Origin: an uncultured Pygmaiobacter sp.
GTDB taxonomy: Bacteria; Bacillota; Clostridia; Oscillospirales; Ruminococcaceae
Reading direction: 5' to 3'
NCBI GenBank assembly: GCA_944386515.1
Contig: CALXBJ010000151.1
Coordinates: forward strand, 1-35,874
Length of the DNA stretch: 35,874 nucleotides
The notes below the pieces were generated by a model. The model ran no database searches, was not told the DNA's origin, and was given only the letters and a program-made list of their open reading frames with translations. Positions 25,302 to 34,157 of the stretch are shown here, piece by piece; within the stretch, counting starts at the first letter, position 1, and each line of letters begins with the position of its first letter. The position numbers and the translations under genes were made by a program.

Positions 25302-26216
25302 ATGAAAATTCTTATCAGCGGCTCAAAGGGGCAGCTCGGGACCGAGCTGCAGCGGATGCTTGCCGCCGGCAAAAGCGAGCTGGGCCCGCTGCCGGCGCAG
25401 CTGCAGGGGGCACAGGTCTTCTGCCACGATCTGGATACTCTGGACATCACCGATCTTTCCGCGGTGCGCAGAATCCTTGAGGAGGAAAAGCCGGATGTCG
25501 TGATCAACTGCTCGGCCTTCACCAATGTTGACGGCTGTGAAAAGGAACATGACGCCGCGTTCCGGGTAAATGCGCTCGGCCCGCGAAACCTCGCGATGGC
25601 CGCGGCGGAGTGCGGCGCGAAGCTGGTCCATGTCTCAACCGACTATGTCTTCAGCGGACGGCCGAACGGCGGGGTCCCGCTGGATGAGGCCGCCCGGCCC
25701 GACCCGGTGTCCGCCTACGGCAGCACCAAGCTGTTGGGAGAGGAATATGTCCGCCAGCTGTGTCCCCGCAGCTTTATCCTGCGCACCGCCTGGCTGTACA
25801 GCTATACCGGGAAAAACTTTGTCTTTACCATGATCAATGCCGGCAAAAAATTCGGCAAGCTGACGGTGGTAAACGACCAGCTTGGCAACCCGACCAATGC
25901 GGTGGATCTGGGGCACCACATCCTCAAGCTGGCGGTGGGGGAGGAATATGGCCTGTACCACTGCACCGGCAACGGGATCTGCAGCTGGTATGACTTCGCC
26001 TGTGAGATTATCCGGCTGGCCGGCGTGGAGGCGACGGTAGCCCCCTGCACCAGCGAGGAGTATGCCGCCGCCCATCCGGAGGCGGCCCGCCGTCCGGCGT
26101 GGTCGGCGCTGGATAACCGGATGCTGCGCTGCACCGTCGGGGATGAGATGCGGGATTGGAAAGAGGCGCTCGCCTGCTTTTTTGAACATTATAATGCGGA
26201 GGAAGTAAAATCATGA
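25302..26216 (+). CDS. rfbD: dTDP-4-dehydrorhamnose reductase
   Basis: GSKGQLG, INCSAFTNVD, HVSTDYVF, YGSTK, LRTAWLY, VNDQLGNPT. Confidence 0.95.
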   Translation: MKILISGSKGQLGTELQRMLAAGKSELGPLPAQLQGAQVFCHDLDTLDITDLSAVRRILEEEKPDVVINCSAFTNVDGCEKEHDAAFRVNALGPRNLAMAAAECGAKLVHVSTDYVFSGRPNGGVPLDEAARPDPVSAYGSTKLLGEEYVRQLCPRSFILRTAWLYSYTGKNFVFTMINAGKKFGKLTVVNDQLGNPTNAVDLGHHILKLAVGEEYGLYHCTGNGICSWYDFACEIIRLAGVEATVAPCTSEEYAAAHPEAARRPAWSALDNRMLRCTVGDEMRDWKEALACFFEHYNAEEVKS

Positions 26217-27268
26217 AAACCTATCTGGTCACCGGCGGCGCCGGTTTTATCGGTTCCAACTTTGTGCTCTATATGCTGAAAAAGCACAAGGACATTCGGA
26301 TCATCAATCTGGACAAGCTGACCTATGCGGGCAACCTTGAAAACCTCAAGTCGATTGAGGGAGATCCCCGGCATATCTTTGTGCAGGGGGACATCTGCGA
26401 CCGCGAGCTGGTCAGCGGTTTGTTTGAGAAATACGGCGTTGATCTGGTCATCAACTTTGCCGCTGAGAGCCATGTTGACCGCAGCATCAAAAACCCCGAG
26501 ATCTTTGTCAAGACCAACGTTGAGGGTACCGTCAATCTGCTGCAGTGCGCCAAGCTCGCCTGGGCGGAGGGCGACGGCTTTGCCGCGGGCAAAAAGTTTT
26601 TGCAGGTCTCGACCGATGAGGTCTACGGCTCGCTGGGGGAGACCGGCTACTTCACCGAGACCACCCCGCTGTGCCCCCACAGCCCCTACTCCGCCAGCAA
26701 GACCAGTGCCGACCTGTTTGTGATGGCCTTCCACGACACCTACGGCCTGCCGGTCAACATCACCCGCTGCTCCAACAACTACGGCCCCTACCAGTTCCCC
26801 GAAAAGCTGATCCCCCTGATGATCAACAATGCCAAGACCCACAAGTCGCTGCCGGTCTATGGCGACGGCATGAACGTGCGCGACTGGCTGTATGTCGAGG
26901 ATCACTGCAAGGCGATCGACATGGTGGCCGAGGGCGGCCGCGACGGCGAGGTCTACAATGTGGGCGGCCACAACGAGCGGCCCAACATCTTCATCGTCAA
27001 GAAGATTATCTCCACCCTGTCCGAAAAGCTGGACCCGACCATCGATGAGACCCTCATCAAGTATGTTGAGGACCGCAAGGGCCACGACCGCCGCTATGGC
27101 ATCGACCCGCAGAAGATCAAGGATGAGCTGGGCTGGTATCCCGAGACCACCTTTGAGGTGGGCATCGAGAAGACCATCGACTGGTATCTGGCCAACACCG
27201 AGTGGATGGACCGGGTCACCAGCGGGGCTTATCTCGACTATTACCGCGAGATGTACAAGGACCGCTGA
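26213..27268 (+). CDS. rfbB: dTDP-glucose 4,6-dehydratase
   Basis: TGGAGFIGSN, DKLTYAGN, FAAESHVDRSI, STDEVYG, PYSASK, CSNNYGPYQFPEK, GHDRRY. Confidence 0.97.
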   Translation: MKTYLVTGGAGFIGSNFVLYMLKKHKDIRIINLDKLTYAGNLENLKSIEGDPRHIFVQGDICDRELVSGLFEKYGVDLVINFAAESHVDRSIKNPEIFVKTNVEGTVNLLQCAKLAWAEGDGFAAGKKFLQVSTDEVYGSLGETGYFTETTPLCPHSPYSASKTSADLFVMAFHDTYGLPVNITRCSNNYGPYQFPEKLIPLMINNAKTHKSLPVYGDGMNVRDWLYVEDHCKAIDMVAEGGRDGEVYNVGGHNERPNIFIVKKIISTLSEKLDPTIDETLIKYVEDRKGHDRRYGIDPQKIKDELGWYPETTFEVGIEKTIDWYLANTEWMDRVTSGAYLDYYREMYKDR

Positions 27269-27342
27269 TTTCCATGTTGCACGGCCCTTTTTGGAAATAT
27301 GGCAGCCGAAAAGGGTTTTTATAGCAGAAAGGAAGAGGTATT

Positions 27343-28356
27343 ATGGCAGATTTTAAGTTCAGCATGAATCCCAAGAACAAGCTGGACGGCCCCAGCCGGG
27401 TCAGCTGGCAGCAGGCGCGGGTGCTGGAGATGCAGGCGGAGTATGCGGACGCCTTCGATACCGGCGCAGGTACCTATGAGGAGATGCGCGCAAACTACCG
27501 CGAGGAGCGCAAGATGTGTAACAGCGGCGGCCCCGAGATGGCCAAGACGGTTGAGCTGAAGGTCCCCTGCGGCGACCATGAGGTCGGCGCCCGGCTGCTG
27601 CGTCCGGTGGCGGACGGCGTGCTGCCGGTGCTCTTCTACATCCACGGCGGCGGCATGGTGGTCGGCGACAACGACACCCACAGCCTTGCCCAGCGCAAGC
27701 TGGCGGCCTATTCCGGCTGCGCGGTGGTCGGTATCGATTACAGCCTGTCCCCCGAGGCCAAGTACCCCCTGCCCATTGAGGAGTGCGTCGCGGTGGTCAA
27801 GTATGTCAGCGAGCACGCGGCCGAGTATGGCCTGAACCCCGACCAGATCGGCTTCTCGGGCGACTCGGGCGGCGGCAACCTGTCGATGGGCACCATCATC
27901 GCGCTGCGGGATCAGGGCTTTGAGATGAGCAAGATCAAGGCGGCGGTCCTCTACTACGGCGGCTACGGTCTGGGCGGCAACCACTGCGCCGACGGCTTCC
28001 GTCACGGCGGTTCTTGGGACGGCATGACCGAGTCCGACCTGATCTTCTATAACGATATGTATCTGGGCGGCCAGGACCCCAACGACTGCCCCTATTACAA
28101 CATCTATGTCAACGACCTGACCTGGGGCATCCCGCCCTGCTTCATCGTCGCGGCGGAGCTGGACCCGCTGCGGGATGACAATAAGCTGCTGTATGACATC
28201 CTGACCGACAAGGGCGTCCACTGCGAGTACCACGAGTACAAGGGCGCGCTGCACGCCTTTATCCATTACAGCAAGGTCATGGATGACGCCGAGGACGCGC
28301 TGCGGCGCGGCGCGCATTTCTTCGCGCACGAGTGCGGACTGGATCCCCGCAACTAA
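27343..28356 (+). CDS. Alpha/beta hydrolase, HSL family (acetyl esterase Aes-like), copy 1
   Basis: YIHGGG oxyanion hole, GDSGG nucleophile, ELDPLRDD, LHAFIHYS. Confidence 0.9.
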   Translation: MADFKFSMNPKNKLDGPSRVSWQQARVLEMQAEYADAFDTGAGTYEEMRANYREERKMCNSGGPEMAKTVELKVPCGDHEVGARLLRPVADGVLPVLFYIHGGGMVVGDNDTHSLAQRKLAAYSGCAVVGIDYSLSPEAKYPLPIEECVAVVKYVSEHAAEYGLNPDQIGFSGDSGGGNLSMGTIIALRDQGFEMSKIKAAVLYYGGYGLGGNHCADGFRHGGSWDGMTESDLIFYNDMYLGGQDPNDCPYYNIYVNDLTWGIPPCFIVAAELDPLRDDNKLLYDILTDKGVHCEYHEYKGALHAFIHYSKVMDDAEDALRRGAHFFAHECGLDPRN

Positions 28357-28467
28357 ACCGGCTTTGGGTGCGGTGGCAGGGCGCCTGCGGCAGACCTTCC
28401 GCAAAGGCCCGCTGTGAGCGGCTGAGATGTCGCTTAAGGGCATAAATACACCGCGTTGGAATGGCTC

Positions 28468-28506
28468 AAGGCGGCCCCGAGGAAATCTTCCTCGGGGCCG
28501 CCTTTT
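28468..28506 (+). terminator. Intrinsic terminator
   Basis: AAGGCGGCCCCGAGGAA-atc-TTCCTCGGGGCCGCCTT then TT. Confidence 0.75.
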
Positions 28507-28761
28507 GACCCTTTGCGCCGGGCAGCGCCGTTGGCTTTTTGGAAAAATCCTACCCAAAGCGCAAAGGGCCGCGCTGCGCGGCGCCAAAGCCCGGCCGGTG
28601 GATTTGCGCCGGTAGGGATGCGGCTGCGGCGAACGTTCGCCCGCACGCGGCGGCACCGGCGTGAAAACAGGGCTTTTCGGTCGATACGGCTGTTTGAGAC
28701 GTCAAAAAAACAGGCGGATTTTTGGCGGAATGCTGAAACTTGCGCGGACTTTGTGATATCG

Positions 28762-28818
28762 TTGACAAGCCGCCGCGGGACTGCTATCCTTAAACTAAAG
28801 AATGATTTGGTTGCCAAA
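28762..28818 (+). promoter_or_regulatory. Sigma-A promoter of the C-S lyase operon with a downstream dyad (possible MarR site)
   Basis: TTGACA(28762-28767)-17 bp-TATCCT(28785-28790) with TGn; TTTGG-ttg-CCAAA at 28806-28818. Confidence 0.6.
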
Positions 28819-28909
28819 CTTTCCCGCGGCCCGCGCCGGCAAAACCGGGCGTGCGGCGGGTTCACCCGCCCGTGAGGGCGGCCAATACAGAAAGGATAGG
28901 GATGCTGCG

Positions 28910-30073
28910 ATGAAGTACGATTTTGAGACCTCCCGTCCCCGCTTTGGGATGGAAGCCATGAAATGGGACGAGATGGGCAGCCAGCCGGAGGACGTCGTAC
29001 CCCTTTCGGTTGCGGACATGGAGCTGCTCAGCCCGCCGGAGATCATTGAAGAGCTGAAGAAGACCGCGGAGTTCGGGATGTGGGGCTATACCTGGTGGGG
29101 TGAGCGGTACGGCGAGGCGATGCGCCACTGGATGAGCACCCGGCACGATTGGGAGATCGACCCGTCCTGGATCGTCCAGCTCAACGGCGTAGTGCAGGGG
29201 CTGTATGCCGCGGTGCGCGCCTTCTCCCAGCCGGGAGACGGGGTGCTGATTGTCACCCCGGTCTACTATCCGTTCTACCGCGCAATCCGTCTCAATGGGC
29301 GCGAGGTTATCGAGAGCCCGCTGCGTCTGGTAAACGGCCGCTATGAGATCGATTTCGAGGACTTCGAGCAGAAGGTAAAGCAGGCAAAGATCTTCCTGCT
29401 ATGCAGCCCGCACAACCCGGTCGGCCGCGTCTGGACCGAGGAGGAGCTGCGCCGGATGGGTGATATCTGCCTGAAAAACAATGTTCTGGTCGTCAGCGAC
29501 GAGATCCATTTTGACCTGATCATGCCGGGCCACAAGCACATCGTCTACGCTACCCTCGGCAAGGAGTATGCCGACCACTGTATCGTCTGCTCGGCGGCGA
29601 GCAAGACCTTCTCGCTGGCGGCGCTCTGTGTCGGCAACGCCATCATCCCCAATGAGGAGCTGCGCCGTGCGTTTGACGCGGAGGTCAATGTCTCGGGCTG
29701 CTATACCTACAGCATTTTCGGCATTCGGGCGCTCGAGACCGGCTATACCAAGTGCGCCGAGTGGGTTGACCAGCTGGTCGAGCACATCTGGGGCAACTAC
29801 TGCTATTTCAAGGACTTCATGGCGAAGAACTTCCCCAAGGTGTGGGTTGCCGACATGGAGGGCACCTATCTTGCCTGGTTTGACTGCAGCTGCTTTGGGC
29901 TGCCCGGCGAGCAGCTGGCCAAGTATCTGCGGGAAGAGGCGCACCTCTACTTTGACGACGGCTATATCTTCGGCGAGGCCGGAGACGGGTTTGAGCGGAT
30001 CAATCTCGCCTGCACCCGCGCCACCCTCGAGAAGGCGCTGGAGCGGTTCAAGACCGCAATGGAGAAACTGTAA
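28910..30073 (+). CDS. PatB/MalY family PLP-dependent C-S lyase (cystathionine / cysteine-S-conjugate beta-lyase)
   Basis: MKYDF, MKWD, PLSVADME, TPVYYPF, LCSPHNPVGRVWT, SDEIHFDL, ASKTF, EGTYLAWFD, FERINLAC. Confidence 0.92.
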   Translation: MKYDFETSRPRFGMEAMKWDEMGSQPEDVVPLSVADMELLSPPEIIEELKKTAEFGMWGYTWWGERYGEAMRHWMSTRHDWEIDPSWIVQLNGVVQGLYAAVRAFSQPGDGVLIVTPVYYPFYRAIRLNGREVIESPLRLVNGRYEIDFEDFEQKVKQAKIFLLCSPHNPVGRVWTEEELRRMGDICLKNNVLVVSDEIHFDLIMPGHKHIVYATLGKEYADHCIVCSAASKTFSLAALCVGNAIIPNEELRRAFDAEVNVSGCYTYSIFGIRALETGYTKCAEWVDQLVEHIWGNYCYFKDFMAKNFPKVWVADMEGTYLAWFDCSCFGLPGEQLAKYLREEAHLYFDDGYIFGEAGDGFERINLACTRATLEKALERFKTAMEKL

Positions 30074-30115
30074 AAAAGATTCCCGCAACGGTGAGCGGGG
30101 CAAGAGGAGAGCAAA

Positions 30116-31393
30116 ATGGCTGATTTGCAGCAGGAGTTTAACCGATTGGCGGAAGAGAGCCTGAAAATGGCCAGCGAAATCGCCGGCTGGAGAGATATGC
30201 TTCACGCGGCCCCGGAGCTGAGCGGCGAGGAGGATAATACCCTCGCGTTTGTCGGCCGGCAGCTGCGGCAGATGGGGATCCCTTATTTTGAGGTGGAACG
30301 CGGCGGCCTCGTGGCGACCCTGACGGGCCGTCCGGGCAGCCGGCGGCTGCTGCTGCGCGCGGATACCGATGCACTGCCGGTGGAGGAAAGCGCATCCAAT
30401 CTCGCAGGGGCCAAAGCGGTCTGCAGCGGGGTCAAAGGGGTCTCCCATGCCTGCGGGCATGACGCGCACACCGCGATGCTGCTGGGTGCGCTGAAGCTGT
30501 TGGCTGCAAGGCGGCAGGAGTGGAGCGGTGAAATCATCGCCGTCTTTGAGCGGGGAGAGGAAACCGGATACGGGGTTTTCCCGCTGCTGCGCGCATTGAC
30601 CGAGCGGTATGACGGGATCGACGGATGCTTTGCGCTGCACGTCTACGCAGATCTGCCGGAGGGCAGCATCTCGCTGCAGCCGGGCTGGCGGATGAGCGGC
30701 GCGGTCAGTTACGACGTCACCCTGCAGGGGGCGGGAGGCCATGCCTCACGGCCGGACTACTGCCGAAATCCGATCGACTGTTTTGTCTCAATCTATCAGG
30801 ATCTGGCCTCCTTCCGGATGCGCCGCACCGACCCCAACGACTGCTTGACCTACGCGGTGGGTCTGGTGCAGGCGGGGGCGAGCTCCAACGTCATCCCGGA
30901 CAGCCTTCGGTTTGCCGGCACCGCGCGCTTTTTGGATGCCGAGCGGTGCGGGCTTCCCTTCCGGGAGGCAGTGCAGCAGATTGTGGAGAGCGCCTGTAAG
31001 GTCTATGGCTGCACTGCGCAGTATAACCGCCTTTCCGGTGCAATTCCCGGGGTTTGGAACGACCCCGCCTGTGCGGCGCTGGCGGAAAAGACCGCCGCGG
31101 CGCTGTACGGGCCGCAGTTTGTGCGGCAGACGGCGCCTTGGATGGCATCCGAGAGCCTTTCGATCTACAACAGTTTGTACAGCGGTGTGCTTGGGATGCT
31201 GGGCATCGCGGATGGTGCCGGCTTTGGCGCGCCCCATCACTCACCGCAGTTTGATCTGAACAGCGCGGCACTCTATCGCGGGACGGGGTGCATCGCGGGC
31301 TATGCACTGGCCTTTTTGGACGACGATTTTGTCCCGCCGCCCCGCAAGGATGCAAAGGGGGAGCTCCTGCGGATCGCACAGCAGCTCAAGTGA
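30116..31393 (+). CDS. M20D-family metal-dependent amidohydrolase, copy 1
   Basis: LHAAPELSGEE, LRADTDALP, HACGHDAH, FERGEE, GGHASRP, HHSPQFDLN. Confidence 0.9.
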   Translation: MADLQQEFNRLAEESLKMASEIAGWRDMLHAAPELSGEEDNTLAFVGRQLRQMGIPYFEVERGGLVATLTGRPGSRRLLLRADTDALPVEESASNLAGAKAVCSGVKGVSHACGHDAHTAMLLGALKLLAARRQEWSGEIIAVFERGEETGYGVFPLLRALTERYDGIDGCFALHVYADLPEGSISLQPGWRMSGAVSYDVTLQGAGGHASRPDYCRNPIDCFVSIYQDLASFRMRRTDPNDCLTYAVGLVQAGASSNVIPDSLRFAGTARFLDAERCGLPFREAVQQIVESACKVYGCTAQYNRLSGAIPGVWNDPACAALAEKTAAALYGPQFVRQTAPWMASESLSIYNSLYSGVLGMLGIADGAGFGAPHHSPQFDLNSAALYRGTGCIAGYALAFLDDDFVPPPRKDAKGELLRIAQQLK

Positions 31394-31413
31394 GAGACAA
31401 GGAATGAAAAGCG

Positions 31414-31953
31414 ATGGGAAAAGCAAAAGGAGCACTCTGCCTGCCCGGTGGGCCGGATGGCCGCGGAATCCGAATCACCGAGAAGGAAAAAAAGAAAATC
31501 GATGCGGAGTACAGCCGGCTGAACGGGTCCGCCGTCGAGCTGTATGAGTTCGTGATGCGGTACAACAAGTATATCTATCAGGCGCGGGACTACGGCAATG
31601 GGGACGAGATCCGGATGGTGGAGGTCCACACCCTGGCGATGATCGAGGACAGCCCCGGGATTTCGGTCAGCGAGGTCGCAAGGCGGTGGAAGCGGACCAA
31701 AGGTACCGTTTCGGTCAATATCGGCTCGCTGGAAAAGCGCGGGTATATCCGACGCGAAAAGGACCCGGAAAATGCCAGAGTCATGCGGCTCTATCCCACC
31801 CAAAAGGGGCGGGAGCTGAGCACCCTGCACAAGATCTACGACAATTGGGAGATCGTTGAGACCCGCAGAACGCTGCGCGAACACTGCACACAGGAGGAGC
31901 TGGACGCCTTTTACAAGGTTGTCCATCTGTATCTGGATCTGTTGAACGACTGA
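31414..31953 (+). CDS. MarR-family transcriptional regulator (start codon uncertain)
   Basis: EVHTLAMIEDSPGISVSEVARRWKRTKGTVSVNIGSLEKRGYIRREKDPENARVMRLYPTQKG winged HTH. Confidence 0.88.
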   Translation: MGKAKGALCLPGGPDGRGIRITEKEKKKIDAEYSRLNGSAVELYEFVMRYNKYIYQARDYGNGDEIRMVEVHTLAMIEDSPGISVSEVARRWKRTKGTVSVNIGSLEKRGYIRREKDPENARVMRLYPTQKGRELSTLHKIYDNWEIVETRRTLREHCTQEELDAFYKVVHLYLDLLND

Positions 31954-31963
31954 CAGGCAGCAC

Positions 31964-32003
31964 AAAAAGGCACGCCGAACCTTGTGTTACGGCGTGCCTT
32001 TTT
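31964..32003. terminator. Bidirectional terminator where the two arms of the cluster converge
   Basis: AAAAAGGCACGCCG...CGGCGTGCCTTTTT. Confidence 0.8.
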
Positions 32004-32038
32004 ATGTTGTCCGGCCGGTGCTTCGGGAAGGGGAGAGG

Positions 32039-33247
32039 TCAGCGCATCTCCTTTTTTCGCACCGGCTGCTCCAGCAGCGTCATCGCGGCGCGGGCCATGA
32101 CCGACATGGTCACTGGCAGCGCGCCCTCGTCGAGATCAAATTTGGGATGGTGGCCGCCGTAGACCGGCCCCTCGGTCGGCGCGGCGCCGAACATATAAAA
32201 GCAACTTGGAATCTTCTGGGTGTACCAGGCAAAGTCCTCGCTGCCGGTGCTGGGTTGGTCGATGAGCAGCAGATGGTCCTGACCGACGACCTCGGCCGCC
32301 GCAGCGGAGACCAGAGCGGTGATCTTGGGGTCATTGGAGAGGCTGGGGAACATCGGCTGGCGGTCCAGCACGCCGGTGCAGCCGTTCAGCGCGCAGGTGT
32401 TTTGGACCATCTGCTCCATCAGTGCAAAGATCTTGTCCCGCACCCCCTCGTCGAAGGCGCGCACCGTCCCGGACAGGCGGGCCTTGGCGGGCAGCACATT
32501 TTTGGCGCCCGGCTCGCCTGCCTGCAGCGAACAGACCGAGACCACCGCCGGCTGCAGCGGGTCCAGACGACGGCTGACAATGGTCTGCAATGCGCCGACC
32601 AGCTGGGAAGCGGTTACAATCAGGTCATTGCCCCAATCCGGGCTGGCCCCGTGCGTGCCCTTGCCCGAGAGATAGATGTCAAAAAAGTCGCCGCTGGCGG
32701 CGGCCACGCCGGATTTGGTCATAATATAACCCGCCCCGGCGGCGCTGGCCTGATGGGCGCCCACCATATAGTCGACGTCATCCAGTGCGCCGCTCTCCAC
32801 AATCAGCTTTGCGCCTCCGGGCGCAGGCCCCTCTTCCGCGGGCTGGAAAACAAATTTCAGGGTGCCCCGCAGACCCTCGCGGTGCTCGGAAAACCAGCGC
32901 GCGACCCCGAGCAGCGCGGCGGTGTGGGCGTCATGCCCGCAGGCGTGGCAGACGCCGGGATTCTGAGAGCGGTAGGAAACCTCCTTCTCATCCTGCATCG
33001 GCAGCGCATCCATATCCGCCCGCAGTGCGACCACCGGGCCCTCGCGACCGGTGCGCAGCAGCCCGATTACCGCAGTTTTCGCCTCGCAGAAATCGGTCAT
33101 CAGTTCAAGCCCCATGGACTCCAATTCACGGCATACCAGCGCACTGGTCCGTGTCTCCTGAAAGCCCAGCTCGGGATGGGTGTGGAGATCTCTGCGCCAA
33201 GCGGAGACCTGCGGCAGAAGCTCTGCCATTCCGGGAAGCAGATTCAT
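32039..33247 (-). CDS. M20D-family amidohydrolase, copy 2
   Basis: RRDLHTHPELGFQE, LRADMDALP, HACGHDAH, FQPAEE, GTHGASP, GSEDFA, HHPKFDLDE; SD AGGAGG. Confidence 0.92.
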   Translation of the reverse strand: MNLLPGMAELLPQVSAWRRDLHTHPELGFQETRTSALVCRELESMGLELMTDFCEAKTAVIGLLRTGREGPVVALRADMDALPMQDEKEVSYRSQNPGVCHACGHDAHTAALLGVARWFSEHREGLRGTLKFVFQPAEEGPAPGGAKLIVESGALDDVDYMVGAHQASAAGAGYIMTKSGVAAASGDFFDIYLSGKGTHGASPDWGNDLIVTASQLVGALQTIVSRRLDPLQPAVVSVCSLQAGEPGAKNVLPAKARLSGTVRAFDEGVRDKIFALMEQMVQNTCALNGCTGVLDRQPMFPSLSNDPKITALVSAAAAEVVGQDHLLLIDQPSTGSEDFAWYTQKIPSCFYMFGAAPTEGPVYGGHHPKFDLDEGALPVTMSVMARAAMTLLEQPVRKKEMR

Positions 33248-33299
33248 CAAAAAACCTCCTTAGCCGCTTTTGGGAAAGCGGTTTTTTTGTAGGGCGCCG

Positions 33300-33342
33300 A
33301 AAAAAGAGAAAGGGCAGGGCACGGCCAAGCCGCGCCCTGCCC
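33300..33342 (-). terminator. Internal terminator-like hairpin after the VOC gene
   Basis: GGGCAGGGC..GCCCTGCCC stem followed on the minus strand by TTTCTCTTTTTT. Confidence 0.55.
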
Positions 33343-33349
33343 GAGGTTT

Positions 33350-34153
33350 TTACGGATGGAAATAGAAGAACAGGTTCAGCTCCTGCGAGAGGTCGGCGAC
33401 CAGACCGCCGTCCTTTTCCCATACCGGATACCCGCAGCCGGCAAGTGCGGCACGGGTCTTTTCAAAGTCGCGGCAGGAGAACCGGATTCCGCACACACAG
33501 CTGCGTGCCGGGTCTGCAGAGACTCCGAACTCCGGCTTCCAGTCATCCGAGATGGAGAGCCGGTTGATGCAGTGATGCTGCGGGTGGTCACCGCGGATGA
33601 GGTCCGCTGTGCGCTGCAGCAGCGCGCGGGTTTCCTCCGCCTTTGCGGCATCCGGGATACACAGGTACAGCTCCTCAATCGCGTCGACCCCATTGGGGTG
33701 CAGGTCCTCGCCGGGGATATAGACCAGTTCCGGGGTGGTATGCTGGACAAACATACTCTCGCCCAACGGGAAGAGCGGTTCGTCAAAGATGCTCGCCCGG
33801 AAAACGGCGGTGCCCTTGCGGCCCCCTGCGTCCACCGCGCGGGTGGTCTCTAGTACCGGGACCGCCATGCGGTAGCCGGCTTCGGTCAGCGCGCGGTAGC
33901 TTGCGTCCGCGTCATCGGACCAGAAGATCACCGAGTGCAGGCCCGACGGCCCGGGGAAGAAATCGCAGCTGCGGCCCAGTTTAGCCATAACCCCCGCACC
34001 GGGGGTGAGGCACTCCAGATAATCCCGGCTGAACATATAGAATTTGCCGTCCGGGCTGTGGAACCCCAGACGTCCCAGCGCCTCGTTGAGCGGCTGGACG
34101 GATTCGCCGTAAAGGATCACATGATCGACGGCAGCTTCGGCAAAAAGCCGCAT
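33350..34153 (-). CDS. VOC / glyoxalase-like domain protein
   Basis: VDHVIL..LGRLGF, DYLECL, GLHSVIF.SDDADA, FVQHTTPELV..HPNGVDAIEEL; starts 4 bp after the upstream esterase stop. Confidence 0.75.
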   Translation of the reverse strand: MRLFAEAAVDHVILYGESVQPLNEALGRLGFHSPDGKFYMFSRDYLECLTPGAGVMAKLGRSCDFFPGPSGLHSVIFWSDDADASYRALTEAGYRMAVPVLETTRAVDAGGRKGTAVFRASIFDEPLFPLGESMFVQHTTPELVYIPGEDLHPNGVDAIEELYLCIPDAAKAEETRALLQRTADLIRGDHPQHHCINRLSISDDWKPEFGVSADPARSCVCGIRFSCRDFEKTRAALAGCGYPVWEKDGGLVADLSQELNLFFYFHP

Positions 34154-34157
34154 CCGA

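Noticed and set aside
28434-28875. ORFs in the esterase to C-S lyase intergenic region
   Set aside because: Arg/Ala/Pro-rich translations crossing a terminator and a promoter, with no SD or family motifs
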